Of a stretch of DNA of 35,727 nt, positions 1 to 11,435 are shown piece after piece (the first letter of the stretch is position 1; every line of letters starts with the position of its first letter). Location of the stretch: positions 31,330,479 to 31,366,205 of the forward strand of contig NC_068987.1 of assembly GCF_001194135.2 (NCBI RefSeq), read 5' to 3'. This stretch comes from Octopus bimaculoides. Its lineage: Eukaryota. A program made the translations under genes and the position numbers. Under the pieces are notes generated by a model, which was not told the DNA's origin, searched no databases, and was given only the letters and a program-made list of their open reading frames with translations.

Positions 1-253
1 GCCAATCCCTCCACACTACAACGACAACCATCACCGCTATCAGAACCGCCATCACCACCCAAACATTGTTGGCCAGATGTTAAATGTTAAGAGAATTCCT
101 GAGAGCTCTATATTTATTGACGAGCCGCCGCATTTCTTTCTTTCCTCTTCTTGTTCTTCTTTCCTTCTCTTGCATTCTATATAATTCTTCAACTGTGCTG
201 TTACATGCCTCACCCTCTCAGTCTCCCCCTCTCTCCTCCATTCTCTCTCTCAT

Positions 254-257
<4 letters not shown>

Positions 258-300
<43 letters not shown>

Positions 301-321
301 GTATGTATGTATGTATGTATG

Positions 322-354
<33 letters not shown>

Positions 355-365
355 GTCTGTCTATC
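258..365. repeat. Compound microsatellite (CT)n-(ATGT)n-(ATCT)n
   Basis: Directly visible; it generates ORFs 84..518, 151..396 and 299..646. Confidence 0.95.
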
Positions 366-489
366 CACACATGGATGCTGCCTTATATTTTCTTAGCTTG
401 CATTATATTTCTTCACTGGCACCAGCCTCAAATAACACAACACCTCACCATCCACCGCAACCCCAGCCCAGGACCCTTTGTGTGGTCGT

Positions 490-905
490 TCGCTTCGCTA
501 GAAATTACAGCAAAATAGCCTTAGAATCACAACTTACGGTTATAATGAGGGCAAGCCAACGAATGAACCTCTCTGCGGTTGATCTGCTTTCTAGATGTAG
601 CAGTCAATGTCGCTCAAATTATACCCTAGCCTCTGAAGGAGCATAAGTCAAAGAAGGATTTGTATAGGGACACTCATCTCGCTAGAAATAGCACTCATAT
701 TTCCCTCAAATTAAACCCTGCGTCTTAGGATAGAAAGTGAGATGTTCGATAATGTAATTCCGGGTTTCTTAAATTATAACTTACCGTCTGAAAACGAGGA
801 AGGACACATTGAAAAATGGCAGGCAAAAAAGCAAGAGATCGTTGTTGGAACACCTACTCATAGATCAGCTCGATCAGGGCTGACCTGGGGTTAGATGACT
901 AATAG
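490..905 (+). mobile_element. Decayed SINE/LINE-tail repeat (family D), ending ...GATCAGGGCTGACCTGGGGTTA
   Basis: The GCTAGAAATAGCA motif, the GGAAGGACACATTG motif and the 3' tail recur at 945-1110 (inverted) and 21975-22180. Confidence 0.55.
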
Positions 906-944
906 TAACAAATACAAAATGCTAGAGAACCAGGTTACAGTTGT

Positions 945-1110
945 TTTTGTTGTTTAGCCTCAGGTAAGCCTTGATCGAGCTGACATGGTGATCATTTTGT
1001 TTTTTCGGTAGTAATTATTTTGTGATACATAAATTCGGTAGTAATTATTTTGAAATACATAATCCAATAAGAAAGAGAATTCGGCTGCTATTTCTAGCCG
1101 ATCGAGTAAC
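945..1110 (-). mobile_element. Truncated family D copy, tail-to-tail with the 490-905 copy
   Basis: 955-983 is the reverse complement of 865-893 (25/29). 1078-1106 read on the minus strand gives GCTAGAAATAGCAGCC. A (GTT)-like tail lies at 940-954. Confidence 0.55.
1004..1063. repeat. 30-bp tandem duplication (TTCGGTAGTAATTATTTTG...) x2
   Basis: The two units 1004-1033 and 1034-1063 differ at 3 positions. Confidence 0.9.
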
Positions 1111-1299
1111 AGCATAGTGACTGTCTCAGTACACGTGCCTCTTCTTACGTCTGTACTAAAGTCACTTTCCAACAACGATGTCTACTTTCACTTTCAATCT
1201 TTCTTCTTTCCTACCGCTTCAGTAGTCGAGCAAGTAAGTCTCTATATTTGTACTTTGGGTCGATCCAATGCTTATACACATCTTCCTTCCAGATTCCAG

Positions 1300-1395
1300 T
1301 GTCGACCTCATGGGACGCGACGTTGTCTTCTAGCCTTGAGAGGTATCTTTGAAATAAATACCAGTCATCTACCGCGGTTGATGCAATCGACTTTT
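1300..1395 (+). mobile_element. Highly decayed SINE family A fragment
   Basis: The minus strand reads GTCGATTGCATCAACC...CTGGTATTTATTT...ACAACGTCG, collinear with 4826-4900. Confidence 0.45.
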
Positions 1396-1661
1396 TTCTT
1401 TCCTTCTTCCTCTGTCTCTCGTTCTCCCTCCAATGTTTCTGGCTGTGTGACAATTTAAGAAATCTATATTATTCTCAGAATTCTTTAATCGAATACTCAT
1501 CTCTTTACTGGCTTCAGTTACTGGACGACGGCCAGGTTAGTGAACTACTTACAAAGGTTTTACGCCATATAACATCGATCACTATTTATTGAATATCGAA
1601 TAATTGTTTTTACGGTATGACATACAGGAACACACAAACAGTCACATTAACTCCATCCATA

Positions 1662-1806
<145 letters not shown>

Positions 1807-2580
1807 AGCAATAAGAAAATGGAAGGGAATAGGTGGTATTCATCCACTTGCAGACATTGTATTGTGTCAATTTACTTGTTTATTTGTTTACTAAAAAGTC
1901 AATAATAACGATATACAAACACATGTGACATATTATGTCATATCAGTACTTAAAAAATGACATATAGTGACAGAAAATGGGATAATGACTTACAGCTGTT
2001 TCAGTCTAGGGGTGACATGCCTCATCCTATCTATATCACTCCAGTAGACTGAAGTAGTTAATAGATGAGATAGATGAAATAGAGGTACATGGGTGATTCT
2101 CTAGGCCTCTTCGGGGATTTTATAAAGTTCATAAAAATATACAAATATAAAAATATAAAAACCGTAAAAAACCAGCAGTATATTGGATAGATATTATCCC
2201 TTAGTGGGTTGGATTCACAACCCCTAACTTATATATATATGTATATATATAAAAGAAAAATGATGACAAAGGAATAAACAATCATCATATGAGCTTCATT
2301 AGTCTACAATTGTTTTTTGTGGAAAGATGTAGTGGACTCATACTTAAATTCCAGAGTGACATCATATAGCTTCCTCGGAACCTACTCAGATACTCAGCTC
2401 TAAGTCCGCTGCATCTTGTTGCAGAAACAGCTGTAAGCTAATGAAGTTCATAAGATAATAGTATATCCCTTTGTCATCTCATTTTCTTCTTACCGCTCTG
2501 TACTCTACTAACTCTCGATTCTGAAACATAAGAATATTGAGTTCTACACCAGGTTATTAGTTTCGCAATACCTAAGCAAT

Positions 2581-2624
<44 letters not shown>

Positions 2625-3014
2625 CTATAAGTGAGCAATGCCTTAGCAATATATATATGAGTTTGGGGAGATATATTCTCCGGGCGGATATCATGTTAGC
2701 TCTCAGTTCAGTTCCAGCTGACGGCTGGCCACAACGATCAGTATCCAACGTCTGTACCTACAATTAGTTGTGAGTCAATCCGTGAATTCTTCCTATGGGT
2801 TATGCCGTGGGTCCTACGCTTGACAGTAAAGGTTGCCTGGAGTTTATATTAACATCAATAATAATAAAGAGCATGGAGACTTGTACATTCACAAAATTTA
2901 TTTGATAGTTATATACAGCATAATATAATGACCTACACGTGTTTCCGCTGCAGTGGCTACTCACTGTTGCACATACGACCTTGCAGTATTGTGGATGTAC
3001 AAGTTTCCATGCTC

Positions 3015-3241
3015 TTTATTATTATTATTATTCAGTAGTTTTATTTTTATAACGTGCTTTCACTTCACTACCGAGCGCAGCTCTGTGCGCCTTGGGTATG
3101 TGCTGTGGTTTGCTGTGGTGCTCTTATGTTTACTGTATTGAAAGTGTTTTGCGTAGAATGTGTGCAGTACCCAGTAGTGCAATTGTCTGTATGTTATATA
3201 TATTTGTAAGTCCTGGTGTTTTTGTTATGTATTTGTCTGAA

Positions 3242-3246
<5 letters not shown>
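3015..3246 (-). mobile_element. 5'-truncated non-LTR retrotransposon 3' end with RLE-type C-terminus (R4/Dong-like)
   Basis: Translation KYSDKYITKTPGLTNIYNIQTIALLGTAHILRKTLSIQ* (stop at 3130) matches the Q-K-x-A-L-L-G-T-A-x-I-L-R-K C-terminal motif of R4/Dong-type ORFs. A ~100-nt 3' UTR and a (TAA)n tail follow, and (TTA)n lies on both flanks. Confidence 0.75.
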
Positions 3247-3283
<37 letters not shown>

Positions 3284-3451
3284 NNNNNNNNNNAAAAAAA
3301 AAAAGACCCCAGAGAGTTGAGATAAGTAAAAACAACAACGCGAGGATTTCGTACATGCAAAGTTTTAATAAGACGCTCAGAGAAGGAAAGAAATGGTGTT
3401 TTATATTTCGAGCAAAGCACTTCTTCAGAAACAGGAAACAGTATATGCGCA

Positions 3452-3453
<2 letters not shown>

Positions 3454-3504
<51 letters not shown>
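3454..3504. repeat. (TG)n microsatellite
   Basis: Directly visible. Confidence 0.95.
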
Positions 3505-3508
<4 letters not shown>

Positions 3509-4207
3509 GTATATGCTTGCTACTAAGCGCTCTTAGGGTGCGGTATTTTGTTCAGAGAAGTCCCTTTAGAAGCATAGTATTTAAAAAAAAATTATATATA
3601 TTTCACAGACAAGTGAAACGAACTGCCCTGTGGGTGAATTAGAGCCACAAATATTGATATTTCGCAGTTGTTTTCTTCTGTTCATCTATCTGCTGATTCG
3701 CAGTAGCGCCGCTCAAGTAGATCAAAATTCAAACTTTGTATTAGAAGTAACTCTATAGCGTAAACATACTTGTATGTGTTTTGTTAAACACTTCTTGACT
3801 GCGGTATTTCGCTCAGGGAACACAGATACACTAAGTCAGTGACATGTAGCACGGTTAATGTCTATACTACAGAGCTGCTTCTAACACAAAATTTCAACAT
3901 ATAATATAATATGGCCAACCGTCACTTGCGGGGGGGGGGTAATGCTTTAGTAACCGGAGAGAAAGAGAGAGAAAGAGGGGGAGACAGATACTATCAATAT
4001 CATTAACAAGAACAATATGACTTCTACCACTGCGAGCAATTGCTACTACTATCACCAACACCGCAATCATTACCCAACCACTAATTATGGAATGACCAAC
4101 TAGCAATAATAATAGTATTAGCATGATATCAGTGTCTATAGCTATGTATGTTTGTATGCCGACAATGTCGTGTATGTGCGCGTGTTCGAGAGCGAAAGGG
4201 AGAGACT

Positions 4208-4243
<36 letters not shown>

Positions 4244-4792
4244 AATATAGAAAGAAAGGAAGAAAGAAAGAAAAAAGAATGAAAGAGAAGAGGCAGTTGG
4301 TACTCTTTTACAGTTGAGTAAACTGGACTAATGTAAAATTAAATGTTTTATGCAAAGGAGGGGTGCATTGTAAATATATATATTAAAAAATGCTAATCAT
4401 TCGCACCTGGAAGGCTTTGACATTAGGCCTATTCGATCAGTAGGTTGAGATTAGAAGAACCATGTACAAAATCCATTACTGGTTTGCTTCGTCCGTGTTT
4501 TTGCTTAGTCACAGGACAGCTCTGATTATATATTCCAAACAAGTAGTATTCACAAACAGTATACTACGAGTAATATTGACTAAAATATCAAATATGTCCC
4601 TAAGATTGTGGGGTGTGATTTGAGGGAAATTTGGCTACAACGTCAAGCAGGTCAAGTAACCGATTTGAGGTTCTTTCGTTAGCTTTCTACAGACGTCAAC
4701 ATATTGCTTTCCAAAGAATCATCGATCTGGTCAGTATGGGAGGGTCGTGGGATCTGTCCCTTCTTTCCAAGTAAACTTATAATAAACCTAAA

Positions 4793-4990
4793 TGCACAAG
4801 GCCTGAAATTTTGGGAAGGAGGACTAGTTGATTACATCGACTCCAGTGTTTCGCTGGTACTTAATTTATCGACCCTGAAAGGATGAAAGGTAAAGTCGAC
4901 CTTGGCAGAATTTGAACTCAGACTGTGAAGACGGACGAAATACCGCAAAGCATTTTGCCCGGCGTGCTACCGATTCTGCCAGCTCGCCGC
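4793..4990 (-). mobile_element. tRNA-derived SINE family A
   Basis: Reverse complement of head GCGGCGAGCTGGCAGAATCG, B-box-like GAGTTCAAATTC and central GACTTTACCTTTCATCCTTTCAGGGTCGATAAA. Homologous to 5788-6157 and 12413-12615. Confidence 0.9.
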
Positions 4991-5154
4991 ATAAACCCAT
5001 AATAATACATTGTTTTATATCGATGTTTGACTTGAATTCATTCGTTTTAGTTCATTAATGCTTTCTTAGTCTTGGACAGAAAGAGAGAAATGCCATTGAC
5101 AACGAGGAGGCACGAGGATTTTGCATCATCTGTGAACACAAAGTAAACACCATG

Positions 5155-5170
5155 TACGTATGTATGTGTT

Positions 5171-5213
<43 letters not shown>

Positions 5214-5285
5214 GAATGGGTAACATGGTGTATGGATGGATGGATGGGCGGACTGACAGACGGACAGATAAATGGATGGGTGCAA
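5155..5285. repeat. (TATG)-(GATA)n-(GGAT/GACG) compound microsatellite
   Basis: Directly visible. Confidence 0.9.
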
Positions 5286-5559
5286 CCACTCATAATAACC
5301 ACATCTCAGATACATAATTTCAAACTGTCTGTGTTTCCAAACTTTTGGTCTACCATATACAGTTTGTTTTTTTTTAAATTTTATTTTCCTCTCTGTCTTT
5401 ATTTCAAGAATTCCTCAGCAGAAACTCGATATAAACACAACTATTTTTATCAGTTGCCACCGGGAAGAGAACAAAATCCAAATGTTGAAAATGGAAGGAG
5501 AATGGGCGAGTGTTTGTTGATTTCTGATGTTGCTTCTGGTATCAAGTCCACGTTTAGCG

Positions 5560-5720
5560 TTTAACTGATAGAATTGGTTAAAAACAGGGACAGTTGTGTA
5601 AGTGTGTCTATCAACATCACCGTCTCACTCTTGGATGCCTTTAGCAGAGTCCACTTTGTTGCAATTATTCGGGCCATGCCATTAGGGTGGGAATAACTTC
5701 CTCCCTCTCTCAACTTCGAT
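5560..5720 (-). repeat. Unclassified interspersed repeat (family E)
   Basis: Minus strand AAGTTA...CTAAT...GAATAATTGCAACAAAGTGGACTCTGCTAAAGGCATCCAA aligns with plus strand 15305-15380 (...GAGGACTCTGCTAAAAGTACTCAA). Confidence 0.45.
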
Positions 5721-5787
5721 ACTCCACAAGCGGTTTTAAAGGCAATCTCCTTCTTTCGTTGTATCACTGAGCTATAAAAACAATGTT

Positions 5788-6157
5788 GCGGCGAGCTGGC
5801 GGAACGTTAGCTCGCCGGGCGAAATGCTTAGTGGTATTTCGTCTACCGTTACGTTCTGAGTTCAAGTTCCGCCGAGGTTGACTTTGCCTTTCCTCCTTTC
5901 GGGGTCGATAAATTAAGTACCAGTTACCTACTGGGTCGATGTAATCGACTTAATCCCTTTGTCAGTCCTTGTTTGTCCCCTCTATGTTTAGCCCCTTAGG
6001 GGCAATAAAGAAATAAGAAACGTTAGCACGCCAGGCGAAATGCTTAGCGGTATTTCGTCTACCGTTATGTTCTGAGTTCAAATTCCGCCGAGGTCGACTT
6101 TGCCTTTCCTCCTTTCGGGGTCGATAAATTAAGTACCAGTTACCTACTGGGTCGATG
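5788..6157 (+). mobile_element. Head-to-tail dimer (or longer array) of SINE family A
   Basis: Copy 1 spans 5788-6016 and ends in tail GCCCCTTAGGGCAATAAAGAAATAA. Copy 2 spans 6017-6157, lacks the first ~13 nt of the head and runs into a gap. Confidence 0.92.
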
Positions 6158-7149
6158 NNNNNNNNNNNNNNNNNNNNNNNNNNNNNNNNNNNNNNNNNNN
6201 NNNNNNNNNNNNNNNNNNNNNNNNNNNNNNNNNNNNNNNNNNNNNNNNNNNNNNNNNNNNNNNNNNNNNNNNNNNNNNNNNNNNNNNNNNNNNNNNNNNN
6301 NNNNNNNNNNNNNNNNNNNNNNNNNNNNNNNNNNNNNNNNNNNNNNNNNNNNNNNNNNNNNNNNNNNNNNNNNNNNNNNNNNNNNNNNNNNNNNNNNNNN
6401 NNNNNNNNNNNNNNNNNNNNNNNNNNNNNNNNNNNNNNNNNNNNNNNNNNNNNNNNNNNNNNNNNNNNNNNNNNNNNNNNNNNNNNNNNNNNNNNNNNNN
6501 NNNNNNNNNNNNNNNNNNNNNNNNNNNNNNNNNNNNNNNNNNNNNNNNNNNNNNNNNNNNNNNNNNNNNNNNNNNNNNNNNNNNNNNNNNNNNNNNNNNN
6601 NNNNNNNNNNNNNNNNNNNNNNNNNNNNNNNNNNNNNNNNNNNNNNNNNNNNNNNNNNNNNNNNNNNNNNNNNNNNNNNNNNNNNNNNNNNNNNNNNNNN
6701 NNNNNNNNNNNNNNNNNNNNNNNNNNNNNNNNNNNNNNNNNNNNNNNNNNNNNNNNNNNNNNNNNNNNNNNNNNNNNNNNNNNNNNNNNNNNNNNNNNNN
6801 NNNNNNNNNNNNNNNNNNNNNNNNNNNNNNNNNNNNNNNNNNNNNNNNNNNNNNNNNNNNNNNNNNNNNNNNNNNNNNNNNNNNNNNNNNNNNNNNNNNN
6901 NNNNNNNNNNNNNNNNNNNNNNNNNNNNNNNNNNNNNNNNNNNNNNNNNNNNNNNNNNNNNNNNNNNNNNNNNNNNNNNNNNNNNNNNNNNNNNNNNNNN
7001 NNNNNNNNNNNNNNNNNNNNNNNNNNNNNNNNNNNNNNNNNNNNNNNNNNNNNNNNNNNNNNNNNNNNNNNNNNNNNNNNNNNNNNNNNNNNNNNNNNNN
7101 NNNNNNNNNNNNNNNNNNNNNNNNNNNNNNNNNNNNNNNNATCCTAAAT

Positions 7150-7290
7150 TAGTACTTTATTTATCGACCCCCGAAAGGATGAAGAGCAAAAATAACCTCG
7201 GCTGGATTTCAACTCAGAATGCAAAGATACAGAACAAATTCCGCCAGGCATTCGACTCAATGCCATGATGCTTCTACAAATTCGCTGCCA
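7150..7290 (-). mobile_element. Decayed SINE family A 5' part
   Basis: TTTATCGACCCCCGAAAGGATGAAG...CCTCGGCTGGATTTCAACTCAGAA is the antisense of the family A core and B box. Confidence 0.75.
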
Positions 7291-7334
7291 TTGGTTAGAG
7301 TAATTAACTCTTTCTTGTCTATGGTGAAGATAAT

Positions 7335-7512
7335 TAGCTCTCTTTCTCTCTCACTCTCTCTCTCACACACACTCTCTCTCTCTCTCTCTCTTTCTCTTCT
7401 CTATTCTCTCTCTTTTTACTCTCTCGCTCTCTCTCTTTTCTCTCTCTCCTTTTCTTCTCTCTTTTCACTCTCTCTTCTCTCTCTCTTTCTCTTTTTCCTT
7501 TCTTTCTTTCCT

Positions 7513-7551
<39 letters not shown>

Positions 7552-7868
7552 GTCTTTCTTTTTTTCTTTCTTTCTCTCTCTCTCTCTTCTCTCTCTTTTT
7601 ACTCTCTCTCTTTTCTCTTTCTTTTTTCTTTCTCTCTTCTCTCTTTTCACTCTCTCTTCTCTCTCTCTTTCTCTTTTTCCTTTCTTTCTTTCTCCCTGTC
7701 ACACCCCTCTCTTTCTTTCATTCTCTCCATCTCTCCCCTCTATTTCTCCCTTCTCTCTCTCGGTTCCCTTTTCTTTCTTTCTCTCTTTTATTTCTTTCTT
7801 TCTCTCTTTCTTTCTTTCTTTCTTTCTTTCTTCTCTCTCTCTCTCTCTCTCTCTCTCCCCCTCCCTGT
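7335..7868. repeat. CT/CTTT polypyrimidine low-complexity tract with an internal ~95-bp duplication
   Basis: Directly visible; ~7405-7500 resembles ~7590-7685. Confidence 0.9.
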
Positions 7869-8120
7869 CTCAATAAATCCAATTAACTGTCAACATCCAA
7901 TATTCTGCCTACGTGCCAATAACCAAGGAGCACCCAATCCAGTCCAACTCACAATTAATTAGCGCCGAGGAGACAGACCTACACTCATTATAGTCGAGTA
8001 ATACTGACGCTTGTACAAGGTGTGACAGAAACACTTCGCATATTTTATACGACTATTAGTATGGCGCTAGCAAAGTAAAGCAGATGACCATTATATGTTG
8101 ATATATCTTTTAGCTTTTGT

Positions 8121-8483
8121 CTTTTACTCGTTTTAGTCATTGGTCTGCGGCCATGCTGGGGCACGAACTTGAAGAATTTTTGGTCGAGTGAATCGACACC
8201 AGTACTTATTCTTTTAAAATCTGGTATTTATTCTATCGATCTCTTTTGCCGATATAAGCTCAGCAACGCCAGGTGTCAAGCGATGGTAGCGGAAAACAAA
8301 CACAGATATAAATACATACACACGGTGGCTGTGTGGTAAGTAGCTTGCTTACCAACCACATGGTTCCGGGTTCATTCCCACTGCATGGCACCTTGGGCAA
8401 GTGTCTTCTACTATAGCCTCGGGCCGACCAAAACCTTGTGAGTGGATTTGTTAGACGGAAACTGAAAGATTCCGTCGTATATA

Positions 8484-8514
<31 letters not shown>

Positions 8515-8882
8515 CATGTACGTGTGTCTGTGTTTTTCCCCCCAGCATCACTTGAAAACCGATGCTGGTGTGTTTACGTCCCCGTAACTTAGCAGTTTGG
8601 CAAAAGAGACCGATAGAATAAGTACTAGGCTTACAAAGAATAAGTCCTGGGGTCGATTTGCTCGACTAAAGGCGGTGCTCCACCATGGCCACAGTCAAAT
8701 GACTGAAACAAGTAAACGAGTAAACGTGTATATATGTTTACATACGACGGGCTTCTTTCAGTTTCGGTCTACCAAATCCACTCACAAGGCTTTAGTCGGC
8801 TCGCGGCTATAGCTGTAGACACTTGCCCAAGGTGCCACACAGTAGAACAGAACCTTCATACCACACAACTACGCCTGTGCCT
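8121..8882 (-). mobile_element. SINE family B (CORE/OR-like) split by a nested copy in its central microsatellite
   Basis: The 3' half at 8121-8322 and the 5' half at ~8727-8882 are both antisense and join across the plus-strand copy at 8323-8726. Confidence 0.75.
8323..8726 (+). mobile_element. Full-length SINE family B
   Basis: tRNA-like head GGCTGTGTGGTAAG...GGTTCATTCCCACTG, CORE-like CCTTGGGCAAGTG, internal (TA)n and tail TGACTGAAACAAGTAAACGAGTAAA. Octopus OR-type SINEs are described CORE-SINEs; the exact family name is unverified. Confidence 0.92.
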
Positions 8883-8924
8883 ATATAGCTAACGTTTTAT
8901 CGTATTATTATTTTTTTTATTGTC

Positions 8925-9538
8925 ATAGCTTGGACCGGTACATACCGTGCACTTGCTATTGAAACATTTGTCCAGAACAATGAGTCTGTGATTGCAATGT
9001 AAAAAGCTTTTCTTATTAGTTTCAAGCTTAATGAAAATAATGTTATGCCAAACCAAAAATCCATGTTGTTATGGAATAACAATTTTAAGCCTAGAAATTC
9101 AACGCAAAAAGAAAAAAAACAGACCTTAAGATCTTGGGGCATTTAAACTCTAGTAAGTTGTGAAATAGTCTGCTTTACAACCTCCTAAACGTTCAACCCA
9201 TAAACTTGCTCCTGCTTTGAGGTTTTCTAATCGAACAGTCGGAAGAATTTTACACGCTGATCACTCAAGTTTCATCCATACAAAATTATGCTTGATCAAG
9301 AACTTAATAAACATACTCTCTTTACTTTTTTACTTGTTTCAGTCATTTAATTGTGGCCATGCTGGAACACCGCCTTTAGTCGAGCAAATCGACCCCAGGA
9401 CTTATTCTTTGGAAGCCTAATACTTATTCTATCGGTCTCTATTGCCGAACCGCTAAGTTACGGGGACGTAAACACACCAGTATCGGTTGTCAAGCTATGT
9501 TGGGGGGACAAACACAGACACACAAACATATACATATA

Positions 9539-9569
<31 letters not shown>

Positions 9570-10012
9570 CGACAGGCTTCTTTCAGTTTCCGTCTACCAA
9601 ATCCACTCACAAGGCTTTGGTCGGCCCGAGGCTATAGTAGAAGACACTTGCCCAAGGTGCCACGCAGTGGGAATGAACCCAGAACCATGTGGTTGGTAAG
9701 CAAGCTACTTACCACACAGCCACCGTGCTGATTAACAAAACCACATGACATGTTGTGAGGATATTCTTCACAATGTTCCTACAATTGGTGTTCTACTCGA
9801 GAGCGACGAAGCCCACTTTATCAGTTTGGTTGTGTCAATGAGCAAACATTTTCATTACTGGGCTAAAAACAATCCTAAAACGACTTCATGAAAAATCTCT
9901 CAACACAGCAAAAGAGTTACTGTGTAGACCTCTGTTGTAATTTTTTTGTGTTTAGAGCCCATCGCTTATTTTAGAATGGGAGCCAAACGGTTTCAGTGAA
10001 ATCTGATCGGTA
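8925..10012 (+). pseudogene. Decayed Tc1/mariner-superfamily transposase (DUF4817-HTH type), interrupted by a SINE
   Basis: Frameshifted translation: AWTGTYRALAIETFVQNNESVIAM*KAF...LWNNNF...KRSTHKLAPALRFSNRTVGRILHADLKFHPYKIMLDQELN | SINE 9316-9725 | CCEDILHNVPTIGVLLESDEAHF...GCVNEQ..HYWAKNNPKRLHEKSL.SKRVTV...QTVSVKSDR. It carries the SDEAHF first catalytic-Asp motif, and the C-terminal part is missing. Confidence 0.88.
9316..9725 (-). mobile_element. Full-length SINE family B
   Basis: Reverse complement of 8323-8726 along its whole length; it ends CTTACCACACAGCCACCG. Confidence 0.93.
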
Positions 10013-10051
10013 GTAGTAGTAGTAGTCGTACTACTACTACTACTACTACTA

Positions 10052-10199
10052 CATTAGCCAATATGCAGGCAATTTTTACGGTGGTAGAAGGATGTTTGAA
10101 GATATGGTTGCTAATTTTTGCAGGTATGGCTCGCCACAAAGAAACAAGTTTGTCGATTTTTCGCTTTGTCAACTACTCTGTACATTCTATACGGTAGTG

Positions 10200-10266
<67 letters not shown>

Positions 10267-10306
10267 AACAACAACAACGACAACAACAACAACAACAACA
10301 ACAACA

Positions 10307-10370
<64 letters not shown>

Positions 10371-11435
10371 AAATCGACAAGCTTGTTTTCTTTGATTCTT
10401 CAGTCTTTGGTTTCTTAATAAATTGAGACAAAGGATCAACTGTCTCAATTAGACGAAAAGATACGCGGAGCGAGTCAAGTGGAACAGGTACACAACGGAA
10501 ATCGAAACTGCGTCTCAAGCACAACCTTTTTGAGAACTGGTCACCTTTCTACTTCATATACAACAATAGAAGGCAGGTGGCGAGCCATACCTGCAAAAAT
10601 TAGCAACCGCATCTTCAAACATCATTCCACCACCGTAAAAATTGCCTGCATATTAGCTAATGTGCGTGGAGCGCAATGGCCCAGTGGTTAGGACAGCAGA
10701 CTCGCGGTCATAGGATCGCGGTTTCGATTCCCAGACCGGGCGTTGTGAGTGTTTATTGAGCGAAAACACCTAAAAGCTCCACGAGGCTCCGGCAGGGGGT
10801 GGTTGTGAACCCTGCTGTACTCTTTCACCACAACTTTCTCTCACTCTAACTTCCTGTTTCTGTTGTGCCTGTAATCCAAAGGGCCAGCCTTGTCACACTG
10901 TGTCACGCTGAATATCCCCGAGAACTACGTTAAGGGTACACGTGTCTGTGGAGTGCTCAGCCACTTGCACGTTAATTTCACGAGCAGGCTGTTCCGTTGA
11001 TCGGATCAACTGGAACCCTCGACGTCGTAAGCGACGGAGTGCCANNNNNNNNNNTGGTTAGGACAGCAGACTCGCGGTCATAGGATCGCGGTTTCGATTC
11101 CCAGACCGGGCGTTGTGAGTGTTTATTGAGCGAAAACACCTAAAAGCTCCACGAGGCTCCGGCAGGGGGTGGTTGTGAACCCTGCTGTACTCTTTCACCA
11201 CAACTTTCTCTCACTCTAACTTCCTGTTTCTGTTGTGCCTGTAATCCAAAGGGCCAGCCTTGTCACACTGTGTCACGCTGAATATCCCCGAGAACTACGT
11301 TAAGGGTACACGTGTCTGTGGAGTGCTCAGCCACTTGCACGTTAATTTCACGAGCAGGCTGTTCCGTTGATCGGATCAACTGGAACCCTCGACGTCGTAA
11401 GCGACGGAGTGCCAACAACAACAAATTGGCTAATG
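10052..11435. mobile_element. Non-autonomous TIR element (86-bp TIRs, probable TA target duplication) carrying a SINE in its right TIR tip
   Basis: 10052-10137 versus 10577-10662 are inverted repeats with 81/86 identity. The last TIR bases are duplicated at 11425-11436 by the SINE TSD. TA lies at 10050-10051 and 11436-11437. Confidence 0.8.
10664..11424 (+). mobile_element. tRNA-derived SINE family C with (CAA)n tail; assembled twice
   Basis: A box TGGCCCAGTGG and B box GGTTTCGATTCC. 12-bp TSD ATT(A/G)GCTAATGT at 10652-10663 and 11425-11436. 10685-11044 and 11055-11414 appear identical around a 10-N gap. Confidence 0.9.

Noticed and set aside
865-983. 29-bp inverted repeat as a MITE or structured RNA
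   Set aside because: It is explained by two family D tails inserted tail-to-tail.
1211-1453. 80-aa minus-strand ORF that looks protein-like
   Set aside because: The underlying DNA aligns with decayed SINE family A/B sequence.
1921-1935. 15-bp match ACATGTGACATATTA to the palindrome arm near 35670
   Set aside because: An AT-rich match of this length is expected by chance, and it does not extend.
5561-5767. 68-aa ORF with an acceptor-like start
   Set aside because: It overlaps interspersed repeat family E (second copy near 15300), and I recognise no domain.
10668-10745. tRNA-like sequence (also heads at 5788, 8323, 12413 and 29202)
   Set aside because: A and B boxes are present but there is no complete cloverleaf, and each runs into a SINE body and tail. 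These are SINE heads, not tRNA genes.
10685-11414. Apparent tandem dimer of SINE C
   Set aside because: The two 360-bp units look identical and are separated by a 10-N placeholder gap, with a single TSD pair. This is most likely unmerged contig overlap, unlike the diverged dimer at 5788.
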